Shown piece after piece: positions 21,477 to 31,928 of a stretch of DNA of 64,000 bases (position 1 is its first letter; every line of letters begins with the position of its first letter). Below the pieces are notes generated by a model. That model was given only the letters and a program-made list of their open reading frames with translations. It searched no databases and had not been told where the DNA came from. The stretch lies in contig JAHDYR010000017.1 in NCBI GenBank assembly GCA_019828565.1, positions 185,360 to 249,359 on the forward strand, written 5' to 3'. Source of the stretch: Carpediemonas membranifera BICM. Lineage: Eukaryota; Protista; Fornicata. The position numbers and the translations under genes were made by a program.

Positions 21477-24298
21477 TTACACAACGAAGCGACGGACGAG
21501 GACTGCGCTCTTGTCGACGTACTCTCGCACGTACCCGGTACCGTGAAGGTTCCCCGTCTTCAGCACCTTGGTCACGGCCTGCTCGCGGTTCGTAACGAGC
21601 GGCGGGTTATGCCTCCGCAGCGTCTCGAGGCTGATGCGGACGGTGAAGTCCGTCTTGCCTTGCCTCAGCTGCACGGCGTAGAGCTGCTGGGTGCAGGCGC
21701 GGATCTCGCGCCAGACCTCCATCTCGACGTTGCGCTCGTCAACGATGTACTCCTTCAGCCTATCCCGCAACCCACGCTGGTCGCTGAGACGCTGCTGGCT
21801 GATGTAGCTGTTGAGGAAGACTCGCCAGGCGAAATCGGAGTCTTCGCGGTTGACAACAGCGGAGAGGCGCATGCGGGCGTGGGCCTTGGCAATGCGGATG
21901 ACGGCCTCCATGTGGCGGGCGTTGAGGTTGCGGCTGTTCTGGGTCCCGCCGAGCTTCGAGCGGATCTCAGAGTACTTGGCCTCAAATCTGTGAAGGTCCT
22001 CGTTGCTCGCGATCTTGGGATCGATCGTGCGGGCCCTCGCGATATACTCCCGGAGTAGGTCTGCTGGGATGAAGTCGTTGTCCTCGGCCTCGGCATCTTC
22101 CTCCTCCTCGACGGGCAGCGCCGCGCCAACTACGCCGGCCTTGGCAATTCTGTTCGCGACGAAGCGGACGAGCCGCGCATCCTCGTCAGGGTCGATTGTG
22201 TCACGCATGACGATGATGAGATCGAATCTAGACAAGATCGGATCCGACAGCTCAACATTCGCGGCCAAAGGCAGGTTAACATCGTACTTGCCGAAGCGGG
22301 GGTTTCCAGCAGCAACAACGGTCGACCTCGCGTTGAGCTCGGCGTTGATGCCGGCCTTGTTGATGGAGATGCGCTGCTGCTCCATGCCCTCATGAAGGGC
22401 AGACCGATCCTGCTCGGACATCTTGTCGAACTCGTCGATGATGCAAACACCGCGGTCAGAGAGTACGAGGGCGCCCGCCTGCAGCGTCATTTCACCGCTA
22501 ATCGGGTCTCGCCGCACAGCAGCGGTCAGACCAACTGCGCTAGCGCCCTTGCCGGTGGTGTAGATAGGGCGTGGCGCGACCTTCTTGGTGAACATCAGCA
22601 TCTGCGACTTGGCCAGGCCCGGGTCGCCGATGAGGAGCACATGCGAGTCGCCCCTCTTCGTGGCGCTCGAGCCCTCGACGTTTCCGCCGCTGAACAGGGC
22701 GCATGCGATGGCGGTCTTGGCGTCCTCGTGGCCGTGGATGGTGTGCGCGATACTGTTGCACACGCGCTGCTCGATGTTCGGCTCGTTCTTGAGGCGCTCG
22801 AGCTCGGCATCCAGACCGGCGATATGGGGCTCGGTTTCTGGGGAGATGACGTTGTTGGCCTCGATCACGGTGCGAGTCACTGGGAAGCCCGTCATGCGGG
22901 CAATGGCTGGGTCGATGCTGTCCGTGAAGACGCCGATGACAGTGATGAGCTCGCCGGGCCGGCCGAGGTCTACTAGATCGTCTGTCAAGACCACGTCCAC
23001 GCTGAGCGGCATGCGGCCGGGTTCGACGCTCGTTGGAGGCTCGGTGAGGGTGATGCGGCGGAAGTTCTCGTAGCGGGACTCGACCTGCTCCAGACGGAAC
23101 TTGTTGCGGGCGGAGCAGTGTGGGCAATCTCGGGGTGGGGTGACCCTATTGCGGTCAGTGACCTTGACTGGGGCCGCGTCACCGCCACAGGCTTGGCACC
23201 TGAACGTGGCCTCAACAAGGCAGGGCACAAGCTCAGACCTGCGACTGATGACACCATCGAGGGCCACCAGCGTGTTGACGGTGTCTTGGCAGAGGTCACC
23301 CATGCGGTTGACATTCTCGGGCTGGGTGAAGCGGACCTTGAATGGCCGCGGCTCTTCCAGGCTTGCATACAGCGGGAAGTTGCGCTTGATAAAGTCCGTG
23401 GCCGCCTGGTCGAGCACTGGAATGAGGGCGGGCGCCGCAGTCAGGATTAGCTTGCGCATCGACTCACAGGCGTCAACGACGGCAATCCCAGGAAGCAGCT
23501 CGTGCATCGCCGTCATGTGGGAAAGGTCGACCTCCAGACTGGGGGACTTGCTCGATGGGTCGGCCTGGTTGAAGAGGCTTTGCGCAGCGTCGCGGTAGAA
23601 GGCAGACTCCCGCTTCTCCTCGTGGTAAAAGGTCAAGAAGATCAGGAAGAGATTGTACACGCTCTGCTGCGTCTCGGGGTTCTCTGAGAATGCAATAGGC
23701 ATGCCCTTGATGTCAGCGAGGGACTGTGCCAGACGGATGATGTGGTCGGGCGAGATCTGCCCGCCGTCGAGCGGATCCGTCGCGATCGTTGTCTCCTCGG
23801 CCTGCGATGGCTCGGGAAGATCGTGTTCCTGCAGCGCGCGGTTGGCGCGGCTGACGAGCCGGAGGCGGTTGACGCCCTCGGGCTGCTCCATGTCGTCCTC
23901 GTCGTTGTCGAGCCAGGCCATGTGGAGAAGCGCTGCTGGGGTCCGTCTGTTATGTTCTATGTCGCGGCGTGCACGTTCGTGGATGACACGTGTGGCCTCA
24001 GCGACCTGCGCGGCCGTGATCCGCTCCTGAACTTCATCGTCGAGGCCTTCGGACTCGTAGTTGTCGAGCTCGGGATTCTCGGCGTAATCAGCAGCGAAGA
24101 ACTCATCAAGATTATCGCCAGCGATCCTTTCATCCTCGTCCTGCCCGTAGTCGCCCATAATACGAGCACGCTCGCGTGCCATCTCATCCTCATCGAGAGG
24201 AACCTCCTCATCCGATTCCTCTTCTCCAAATGCTTCAATGAAGCGTCTACGGCGTGGCTATGTGAGCAGGAAGCGGCGTTACTAACATCGTCACTCAT
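21477..24298 (-). CDS. MCM2: DNA replication licensing factor MCM2, intron 24258-24286
   Basis: Histone-binding motif DYAENPELDNYESEGLDD, C4 zinc finger, GDPGLAKSQ, GASAVGLTAAV, IDEFDKM, LSRFD; 29-nt GTTAGT..CATAG intron after MSDD. Confidence 0.95.
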
Positions 24299-25022
24299 TG
24301 TCGAACAATTGCCGAAATTTCGCCACAGTTGGTCGACTTGTCTCTCGGCTGTGAGTGGGCCTTCCTCGGGCATCAGCCAGTCGGGCATCGGCGGCAGTTG
24401 TCCAGGCTGAAAAATTGCTGCGTGGCTTGATCAGACGATTCGTTGCGTGTCAGACAGGCCATGTATCACTCAGCGGTAACGTTCGTCACTGCCGCATAGT
24501 CAAGGCAAGCTATGCAGCATAGTTGGGGAGAGTGCATGGTCACTCAGCCTTGTCCCAACCCTCTTGTTGATGTGCATCCCGGCCATTCCGTCGCTAATAA
24601 CAGCTGAACCCTCGAGTCGAGTAATAACTCGTCAAGCATGGCATGATGACTGAAAGAAGCCCGTTCAACTGTGCCCTACGGGTGGTCCAGGGTGGCAATG
24701 CTGAAGAGAGCAGAGAACGAAGACCGATTGACCTGGTCTGGATCTGCGGCCGTACTATCAGATCCCCCCAGTAGACGTCGACCCGTGGCTCGAGCAGTTA
24801 ATTAGATTCATCCCCCAGTCAGTGCATGAGTGAGTCGACTCTGCCCGGTCCTGTCCTGGGCCGACGATAAACTTGTCGCAGAGCAGTGTTGTCTGCCTCG
24901 GGCGAGTCACCCGCAAAATCAGATCCGTAGCATCATGGTCTGCCGATCGCCCAAGATGTAGCATTGATCTGGTGGGCCAAGAACCCTTCCAGTGGTGAGC
25001 CTTGACCAATAATAGTCCGTAT

Positions 25023-26377
25023 TTACCACTCGCCCTTAGCTGTCTCCCCAATCATTCCGGCCATCCGGTCGAGAACCACATCAGTAAGCTCGTCCTTCAG
25101 CCCGTAGCTCTCGCGGGTAGTAGTGTTCCTCAAAGCCTCGACAAACTCGCGCAGGTCGACCCGCTCGCCCCTTTCCCACGCCACCTCGGGTGCCCCGAAG
25201 CAGTCGGGGTTGAAGTCACGTTGGGCGATCTTGGCATCCAAAGAATCTTGGGACCCGCCACCCTTGAGAACTGCATGACCGACAGCCTCGATGGCCTTCT
25301 TGAGCTCGGCATCATCGTCCGGGCAGGCCTCGGCTAAGAGCTGAAGCTCGTGGGCGGCGACCATGAAGTAGTGGAGGGCCAAAGCTGCCTTGAGGCCTGC
25401 ATGGGCAAACGGGGTGCCATCGTAGTAAGCGAAGAAGTCGGCGGCATCACCTGGCTTGGGGCAGTACAACTTTCCCCCAGACTCGCGCCCAGCATCGGCA
25501 AGTTCCATGAGCTGTTCAGGGGTCCTCTCGCCGACGAGCATGGGCTCCTGGTCCAGGGCTGCAAGAAGCCAGTTGCTGACGATGTCCTGGGTGCCGTAGA
25601 ACAAACGGCGCAGGGACAGCGACCGGAAGATGGCCAGGGAGTAGGGCGCTTGGGCAATCGAGGCGGGCAGACCGCACACCGACATCAGTAGCAGGAAGAA
25701 GATCCGGGAGGCGCGGCCGTTGCCGTCGGGGTATGGGTGGACGTGGGCGAACTGGAAGCCGGCCACGCTGGCGAAGGCGACGGCCTCGGGTCTACCGCTG
25801 TCGCCAACGACTGAGCGAACCGAAGTCAACATGTCAATGAACGACCTCATGAGATCTTCCTTCTCTTCATCCTTGACCGTCGGACTGGGGGCACCAATGT
25901 GTCTCATCACGCCTGGAGAACATTGAATGCTCTTCGGGCAATGGAATCCCGTTGGCTCAAGGATTCACACTGGCCAAGCGGCGCCAACTCCGGCACCGAG
26001 AAGCTAGGCTGGGTATCCCAGATGGACTTTGCAGTGGTAAGATATTCGTTCATGTACGCAGGGACGAGGCACATTGGGCGAGGGAAGACGCGGAGGCGAT
26101 GCTTGGCGATGAGAGCAGAAAGGCCGTGAAGAACGGAGTAACGAAGAGGAATCGCAGGATCAATCTCATCCGATGGCGGATGAATGAATGCGCCAGGAGG
26201 AACAACGTAGGAGAGATACCGAACTTTTAGCTCTTTCTCCCTCACTTCTTGCTGCGTTGTGACCAATTGTGCTCGCATCTCTGTCGTTTCGTTCTGCGAT
26301 TGAGCTAATTGCGCATCTTTCTCAGGCAATAAAGCTTTGAGACGTTCTATTTCACGCCGTAGAGCTGTGTTGCCCAT
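25023..26377 (-). CDS. Fic/Doc-domain protein with N-terminal coiled coil; one frameshift near 25910
   Basis: Complete Fic motif HPYPDGNGRASR in ORF 25023-25910; upstream ORF 25907-26377 overlaps by 4 nt and would fuse if one G were added (CAG GGC GTG). Confidence 0.75.
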
Positions 26378-26661
26378 ATAACCAAGTATCTGAGCTGTAT
26401 TGCAGTGAACGCAAAATCATCGCCCAAAAACATTTGATGAAACAACTTAACGACTGTGCATATACCGTGATAACAAGTCTAATGGACATCTAAATAATCT
26501 GAGTTCAAGCAAGCATCTGTGAAGAACACGAGCTTCCTCCCTATGGCAAATGTCAGCGACGCCTTCAGAAGCAGCCAAGGCCAGTAGTTCTTCTTTATGA
26601 CATCACGAAAGCAACGCATGGAGCCTGTCAATGGCAGTGGCGGGATCATGTTGTGTTGGGA

Positions 26662-26951
26662 TCATTGCATGGGAATGGGGGCGGCGGATGGAGCGTCCTG
26701 ATTAAACACAGTTACCGCATCCACATCAGCATGCCAATGCGTATGATAGCCCGCACTTTGCTGTGCAACAGCAAACAGAGCCTTGCCATACGGTTTTCCT
26801 GTTCTTTCGACAAAAGCTGTGAAATAGTTGTTACAGAGCTTCTTTTCAGAATCGATCTGGATGAGAAAACAGATAAATAGACTAAACAAACACTATAGTT
26901 TCCCTTCAAAGTTGGGGCCTTCTTGCCTACCGACTTTGACTTCTTTCCCAT
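26662..26951 (-). CDS. Small hypothetical protein (84 aa), putative intron 26857-26891
   Basis: MGKKSKSVGKKAP exon plus a 35-nt T-rich GTTTGT..TCCAG segment whose removal joins ORF 26662-26889 in frame. Confidence 0.45.
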
Positions 26952-27032
26952 TCGTTTGGAGGTCCATTTATGATTTACGAGGGCACACGTATATGAGAAT
27001 CAGTTCCTCGTCCAGTGTCCTATTTCTCGGCT

Positions 27033-27749
27033 ATGGAGGTGATTGATCGCACTGTTGATCTCGTGAACAAGCGTATTCGCGCCTATAACAAAAAGCTTCG
27101 CCGTATTACCGATATCGAAGATAAGAAAGGCGAATCTCTCGAAGAGGAGCAGAAGCGCTTGATTTCTGAGAAGCCCAAGTTCGAAACTGCGAAGAATGAG
27201 CTTGTTCAGATCGGAGAGCACGTTGAGGAGATCAAACTCGTCACCCAGTCCAAGCTTGATGAAATCGAGGCCCTGAAAGCAACCGTTGCTCAGCTTGAGG
27301 AGCGTAACGCCGCCCTTCCCGCCGCCTCATACCGCGAATTGAATCACTTCTACTCGATTTACTGGCACCGCCACTATTCTACCATCGAGGAGAGTCCCGT
27401 CAAGACTGCCTACGAGTCTCTTGTTGCTCGTGTCGGTCAGGGAGAGCTCGACCTCTATGCCCGTATCCAGGCCCGCGACGAGTCTGCCATCAGCGAGGAG
27501 TGCGAGCTGTCTTTTGCCGAGATCGCTCTGTGGATGCTCGAGTGCGAGGAGAAGTACGAGGAGATCCGCCAAGAGGAGCTTCGTATCGAGGAGGAGAAGA
27601 GACGCGAGGAGGAGGAACGCCTCCGCCGTGAGGAGGAAGCCCGCCGGCCGAAGTTCGAGGACATCCACCGCCAGAGGATGGCCCAGTCACCCTATTTCAA
27701 CCCTACGCTGGCCGGTCTGTCGTTCCTGGGCCCTAAGCCTCAGCAGTGA
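27033..27749 (+). CDS. Coiled-coil protein with caprin-like N-terminus
   Basis: [19 protein letters not shown]...[12 protein letters not shown] resembles the caprin HR1 pattern; charged EEERLRR tail. Confidence 0.6.
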
Positions 27750-28099
27750 GCATTTTTCAACGTAAAATGAGAGGGAAGGCAGTTGTGTCACGCGTTGGGA
27801 GTTGCGCTGGAAGCTTGAGGGTTGTCAGCGAGAAACTTGCGTTGGCGAAGTGAGACTCTGACAGGGGGGTACACTTCAAAAGGTCAGCGTATTTACCCTT
27901 GTCAGCGTCACTCTTGATTTTTAAAGGATGATACGGCAATATTGAGATCTTTGCATAGTTGGTCCGGCTGGGCTTTGTATTACCCTGTGGAACGTGTGTT
28001 ACCTCAAATCAATGGCCCATAATTCCGGATTCGCCTCTGATATGGAATTATCTCGCGAAGTCGGGAGTCGAGTCGCAACGTGTCGCCTGGTATCTCGGA

Positions 28100-28759
28100 A
28101 TGAAGACGGCGGATGTATCTGCTGCAAAGCCCGACCCCGCACAATTAGAGCAGAAAGTGCTTCGTCTGAAGAAAGAGGGCTTCACGGTGGCGGAAATTGG
28201 CCATGTTTTAGATGTTTCTCCAAGTATGGTGCTCAACAGCGTTCCTTCGCCTCAGAAACGCAGTCGGCATATTAGCAGGAGTAGAGGAGGAGCAAAGGAA
28301 CGAGCTGTTCAGGAGGGGAAGCACTCGTACAAGAATTCCTACGCCGTCAGTATTTCCTCCTTGGGATCCTCGTGCCAGGGGACGGAGACAGAGTCCCTAG
28401 ACGAGTCACTCGTGTCCATAGGCCAAGATGTAGAGTCCTCGAACTCCACGGGCATCAGCTTGGACTCCGACACCCTTAACTCTGTCGGCCAGGCCTTCCT
28501 GGAAGAAGTTGAGGAGGTAGACATCCCCTCGGCTGAGGCCACCATCGAGACCATCTCTGACGCCTCCCTCTCTGCCTGCCGTGCTGAGAGCGATGTCTCC
28601 ATGTTTAACGTTCCCTTTGGTATTGCTTCAGATTCTGAATATGAAGAGGAGACGATACGAAAGCAAGAGTATGAGAGATACCAGGGAAGGCGGGCATTGA
28701 AGCTGTTCAAGACAGTGCAGCACTTCATAGAGTACCTCATTGCCATCCTCACGTTTTAA
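28100..28759 (+). CDS. Hypothetical protein, possible N-terminal helix-turn-helix
   Basis: LKKEGFTVAEIGHVLDVSPSMV is HTH-like; acidic/Ser-rich remainder. Confidence 0.55.
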   Translation: MKTADVSAAKPDPAQLEQKVLRLKKEGFTVAEIGHVLDVSPSMVLNSVPSPQKRSRHISRSRGGAKERAVQEGKHSYKNSYAVSISSLGSSCQGTETESLDESLVSIGQDVESSNSTGISLDSDTLNSVGQAFLEEVEEVDIPSAEATIETISDASLSACRAESDVSMFNVPFGIASDSEYEEETIRKQEYERYQGRRALKLFKTVQHFIEYLIAILTF

Positions 28760-28901
28760 GTCTTGGGTTTGTATTCTAATTGTGATCGCTAAAATTTCTT
28801 GAAGAATATTCACAACGACCTTTCAACAGCTACTGTCACAAGTCATTTCACCCTACCATCACCAATACTGCCGAGATGTACCCTTTACCGTCTTCCATCG
28901 C

Positions 28902-30318
28902 TCACCCCTTCACCTTATGTGCCGCCATGGGCAGCTCGACCTTGTCATGATCGCTGTAATAAACTGCGTGCAGCGCCCCCTTGAACGAGTACTCTATGTA
29001 AAGGCCTTTCTCCACCCCAAAGCAGGGGTCATAGAAGCCAGGCAGGGTCGCCTTGGTTGTCCCTCCAGTCAAAAAGAGGCACGGTGAGGACTGCTTCGAG
29101 CTCTTGCTCAAGCGGACTTCGCTTACATGGCTCTGGAGCTGGATGCTCACCTCAGCATACTCATCCCCATCCATCCCATCAAGAAGACGGCCATGACTAG
29201 GCCCCCGGCGGCCTCGGGGGCCGTAAACTGCACGTGTGACCACCAACCAGCCAACAGAGATCAGGGCTTGGCGGCGGGAGGGCCAGTTGATGCGGTGACC
29301 CTCTTTGTGGGACATCATCTTCACTTCCCGTTCAGCGGCAGCCTTGGTTTGATCGAGAGAATCCATACCGCGGGCCTTGATTCGGGTAATCGCCTGATTG
29401 TATCTACGCCGGCGATCGAGATTCTCGAGATAGTCAAATGGATTGTATACAGCGTATAACTTGGCCGATACTGCGGAAAGAACGGCAGCGGTGAAGAAAA
29501 GCGCTGCCGACTTGAGTGTGGGTCGCCTAGCAAACACTACCGGGACCATAAAAACACTGCCGTTATGTGTCATGTCTACCATAAAGCTCATACCTGCCGC
29601 GGATGCTTTCGTCAGGAGGCGGATAACAGTGTTGCCAGTCTGGCCCTGGTATGAGGTTCCCACGGCCACGTCTGGGCCAATAGCAGCGTGGGCGCCTACA
29701 GTGTGGTTTGGCAGGAGCTCCACGGCGTATTTGAGGTAGGCTCCAAGGAAGCTTGTGGGTCGCGAGGTTACTGTGACACCAGCCTCGGCCCTCGCAAACC
29801 GGCCCTCAGCAGAAACGGACAGGCCTGCTGACGGACTCTGGAGGTACCCATGGGCGTCTAGTGTGATCTTGCCCCATGTAGCGGACGTGGCGAGGGCAGG
29901 GGCGATGGGCAGGGGCGTGAGGTTCTTCGCAGCGAGACCAAACGATACTTTTGGACGACGAAAAAGACTCAGGATACTGTCTGTGCCTCTAGAAGCAGGG
30001 AGCAGCGTTGAGGGCGGCGGATTGTGGAGTACTTGGGAGATGCACTGCGCGCTGTTGATAACACCGGCCCCGAACTCGTCATATATCGCTCTCCGTAGCG
30101 GATCAGAGAGAACTTTGTACGCCTCATTGAGCTTGGCCGAAAGCTTGGTTGCTTCCTCTCTCTCGTCCGATGATTTGCGATCAGGGTCGTGTTTTCGCGC
30201 AAGCTTGAAGTATGCCAGCCGAAGCTGTCGTTGATCAACCTATATGAGCCGTAGAACCACTGAATGAGCTACATACGCTTGGATCCACGCCTAGAACCGT
30301 GTACAGCGATTCAGACAT
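28902..30318 (-). CDS. DNAJC11: DNAJC11-like J-domain protein, intron 30240-30276
   Basis: MSESLYTVLGVDPS|VDQRQLRLAYFKLARKHDPDR...LNEAYKVLSDPLRRAIYDEFG (frame read manually as open from 30239 to 28902); C-terminal KATLPGFYDPCFGVEKGLYIEYSFKGALH matches the DNAJC11 DUF3395 motif. Confidence 0.85.
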
Positions 30319-30605
30319 TGTGTGAGTGTCATGGAAATTCCCAGACTGCCCCCGTGACCTCCTCCCCACGCCATGGAGATGGCTGGGTATGTGTGCACAG
30401 GCTGCAGCGGTTTGGTCGGCTGGCGGGCGGGGCGAGTGCCGCATCAATTGATGTGGGGAAAAGGATGAAGTTCCAAGCCCAGCAACACGGATGTTGACAA
30501 TCAGCACCTCAACGGCAGAACTACTTCTACTCCAACGGCTGTGTCTCCGCCATGGCCGCCGCACTTTAAGACACAAGGATCGTTTCTTCAAATTCCGGTG
30601 CTAGA

Positions 30606-31803
30606 ATGCCAGGACCAGGCGATATTGGGCCACCATATCCCGTAGGAAGCCATGCAGATGGTGTTCTGACCGAGGGATCGAAGCGTCACTGGCAAGAAGT
30701 ACGAATTCTTAACAAACGCATCCTTGCCGACGGAACTGAGGAGTTCTATGTCACATACGTCCTTTGTTCGTTTAAACCAGCCTCATTACACAGTTAACAA
30801 GCGTCTAGATACCTGGCTACGCCGTGAAAGCCTGGCCCCCCTACACACCCACACGGAGGGTAGCTCAGAGGCGATGAGGTCCAAAAGAGCTGAAGGAGCA
30901 CACGCCAAGTCCTCTGTGAAGTACAAGAAGTCACAAGATGACCACCACGGCCATGACGTCAAGGAGATTCACTGGATCATCATGGGCGACTACCACGTGA
31001 AGACGTGGTACGCCAGCCCCTTCCCCGACCTGCCTCAGGGGGTGCACACACTGTATATATGCCCGATATGCTTCAAGTATCATGTATCTGAAGCACCGTA
31101 TAAGCGGCATATGCTGAAGTGCACGCCCCGACACCCCCCCGGCCCCGAGATTTACCGGTGCGGCAACCTGTCGTTCTTTGAAGTGGACGGACGTCGCCAA
31201 AAGGAGTTCTGTCGCCACTTGTGTCTGTTCTGCAAGCTGTTCCTTGATCACAAGCAGGTTGAGTTTGACACTGACCTATTCTTGTTCTATATGCTTTGCG
31301 AGCATACGCCAATGGGATTCAGGACGGTGGGGTACTTTTCCAAGGAACTGGCGGGCAGTACGAACATCCTTGCCTGCATCCTGACGCTCCCGCAGCACCA
31401 GAAGAAGGGCTTCGGCAAGGTCCTTATCGACTTCGCCTACGCCCTTGCAAGGAAAGAAGGGCGTTTCGGTGGGCCCGAGGAGCCACTATCTGATCTGGGC
31501 AAGATCTCATTCCAATCGTACTGGAAGAGCGCCATCCTCGGCTACCTCTACGACCCCGCCAGCCCAGTGACACAGTGTACCATCAAGGACATCAGCAACG
31601 CCACGATGATACAAGAGAAAGATGTGGTCAATACCCTATCCTTGCTCAATATTTGCAAGAGACGGGCCGGTGGAGACGAGGGCGGAGTCATAACATGCCC
31701 ACCCAGGAAAGTACGGTATCTGCAGCACAAGACAGAGATGGCACGGCTGCACTGGGCGCCGTTTCCTCTGATGATGCTCAGTACCGAAGCTGAAGTCGGT
31801 TGA
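30606..31803 (+). CDS. MYST histone acetyltransferase (Esa1/Tip60/MOF-type), intron 30766-30793
   Basis: Tudor-knot FYVTYVLF NKRLDTW after splicing, TWYASPFP, C2HC finger, FFEVDG, LACILTLPQHQKKGFG, GGPEEPLSDLG. Confidence 0.93.
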
Positions 31804-31928
31804 GTCGGTTGACTCTCACTATTGTTGACTGGAGTTGAGTCATTGAGTTGTTGGAATGTGTAAAGCTTGCTCTATTTATGTGATATACACCACTATGTAT
31901 ACACAGCTCATGTAACATGTAACACCGT

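Noticed and set aside
24420-25020. Long spacer with small hairpins (e.g. CTATGC-A-GCATAG)
   Set aside because: No recognisable tRNA, snRNA, repeat or convincing ORF by eye; needs an Infernal scan or RNA-seq.
25900-25915. TGA TGA at the Fic ORF junction as selenocysteine or stop readthrough
   Set aside because: The downstream Fic coding sequence is in a different frame, so readthrough would not join them; no short GT-AG intron fits either.
26662-26951. MGKKSK start suggesting elongation factor ELF1
   Set aside because: The four zinc-ribbon cysteines of ELF1 are absent in the available frames.
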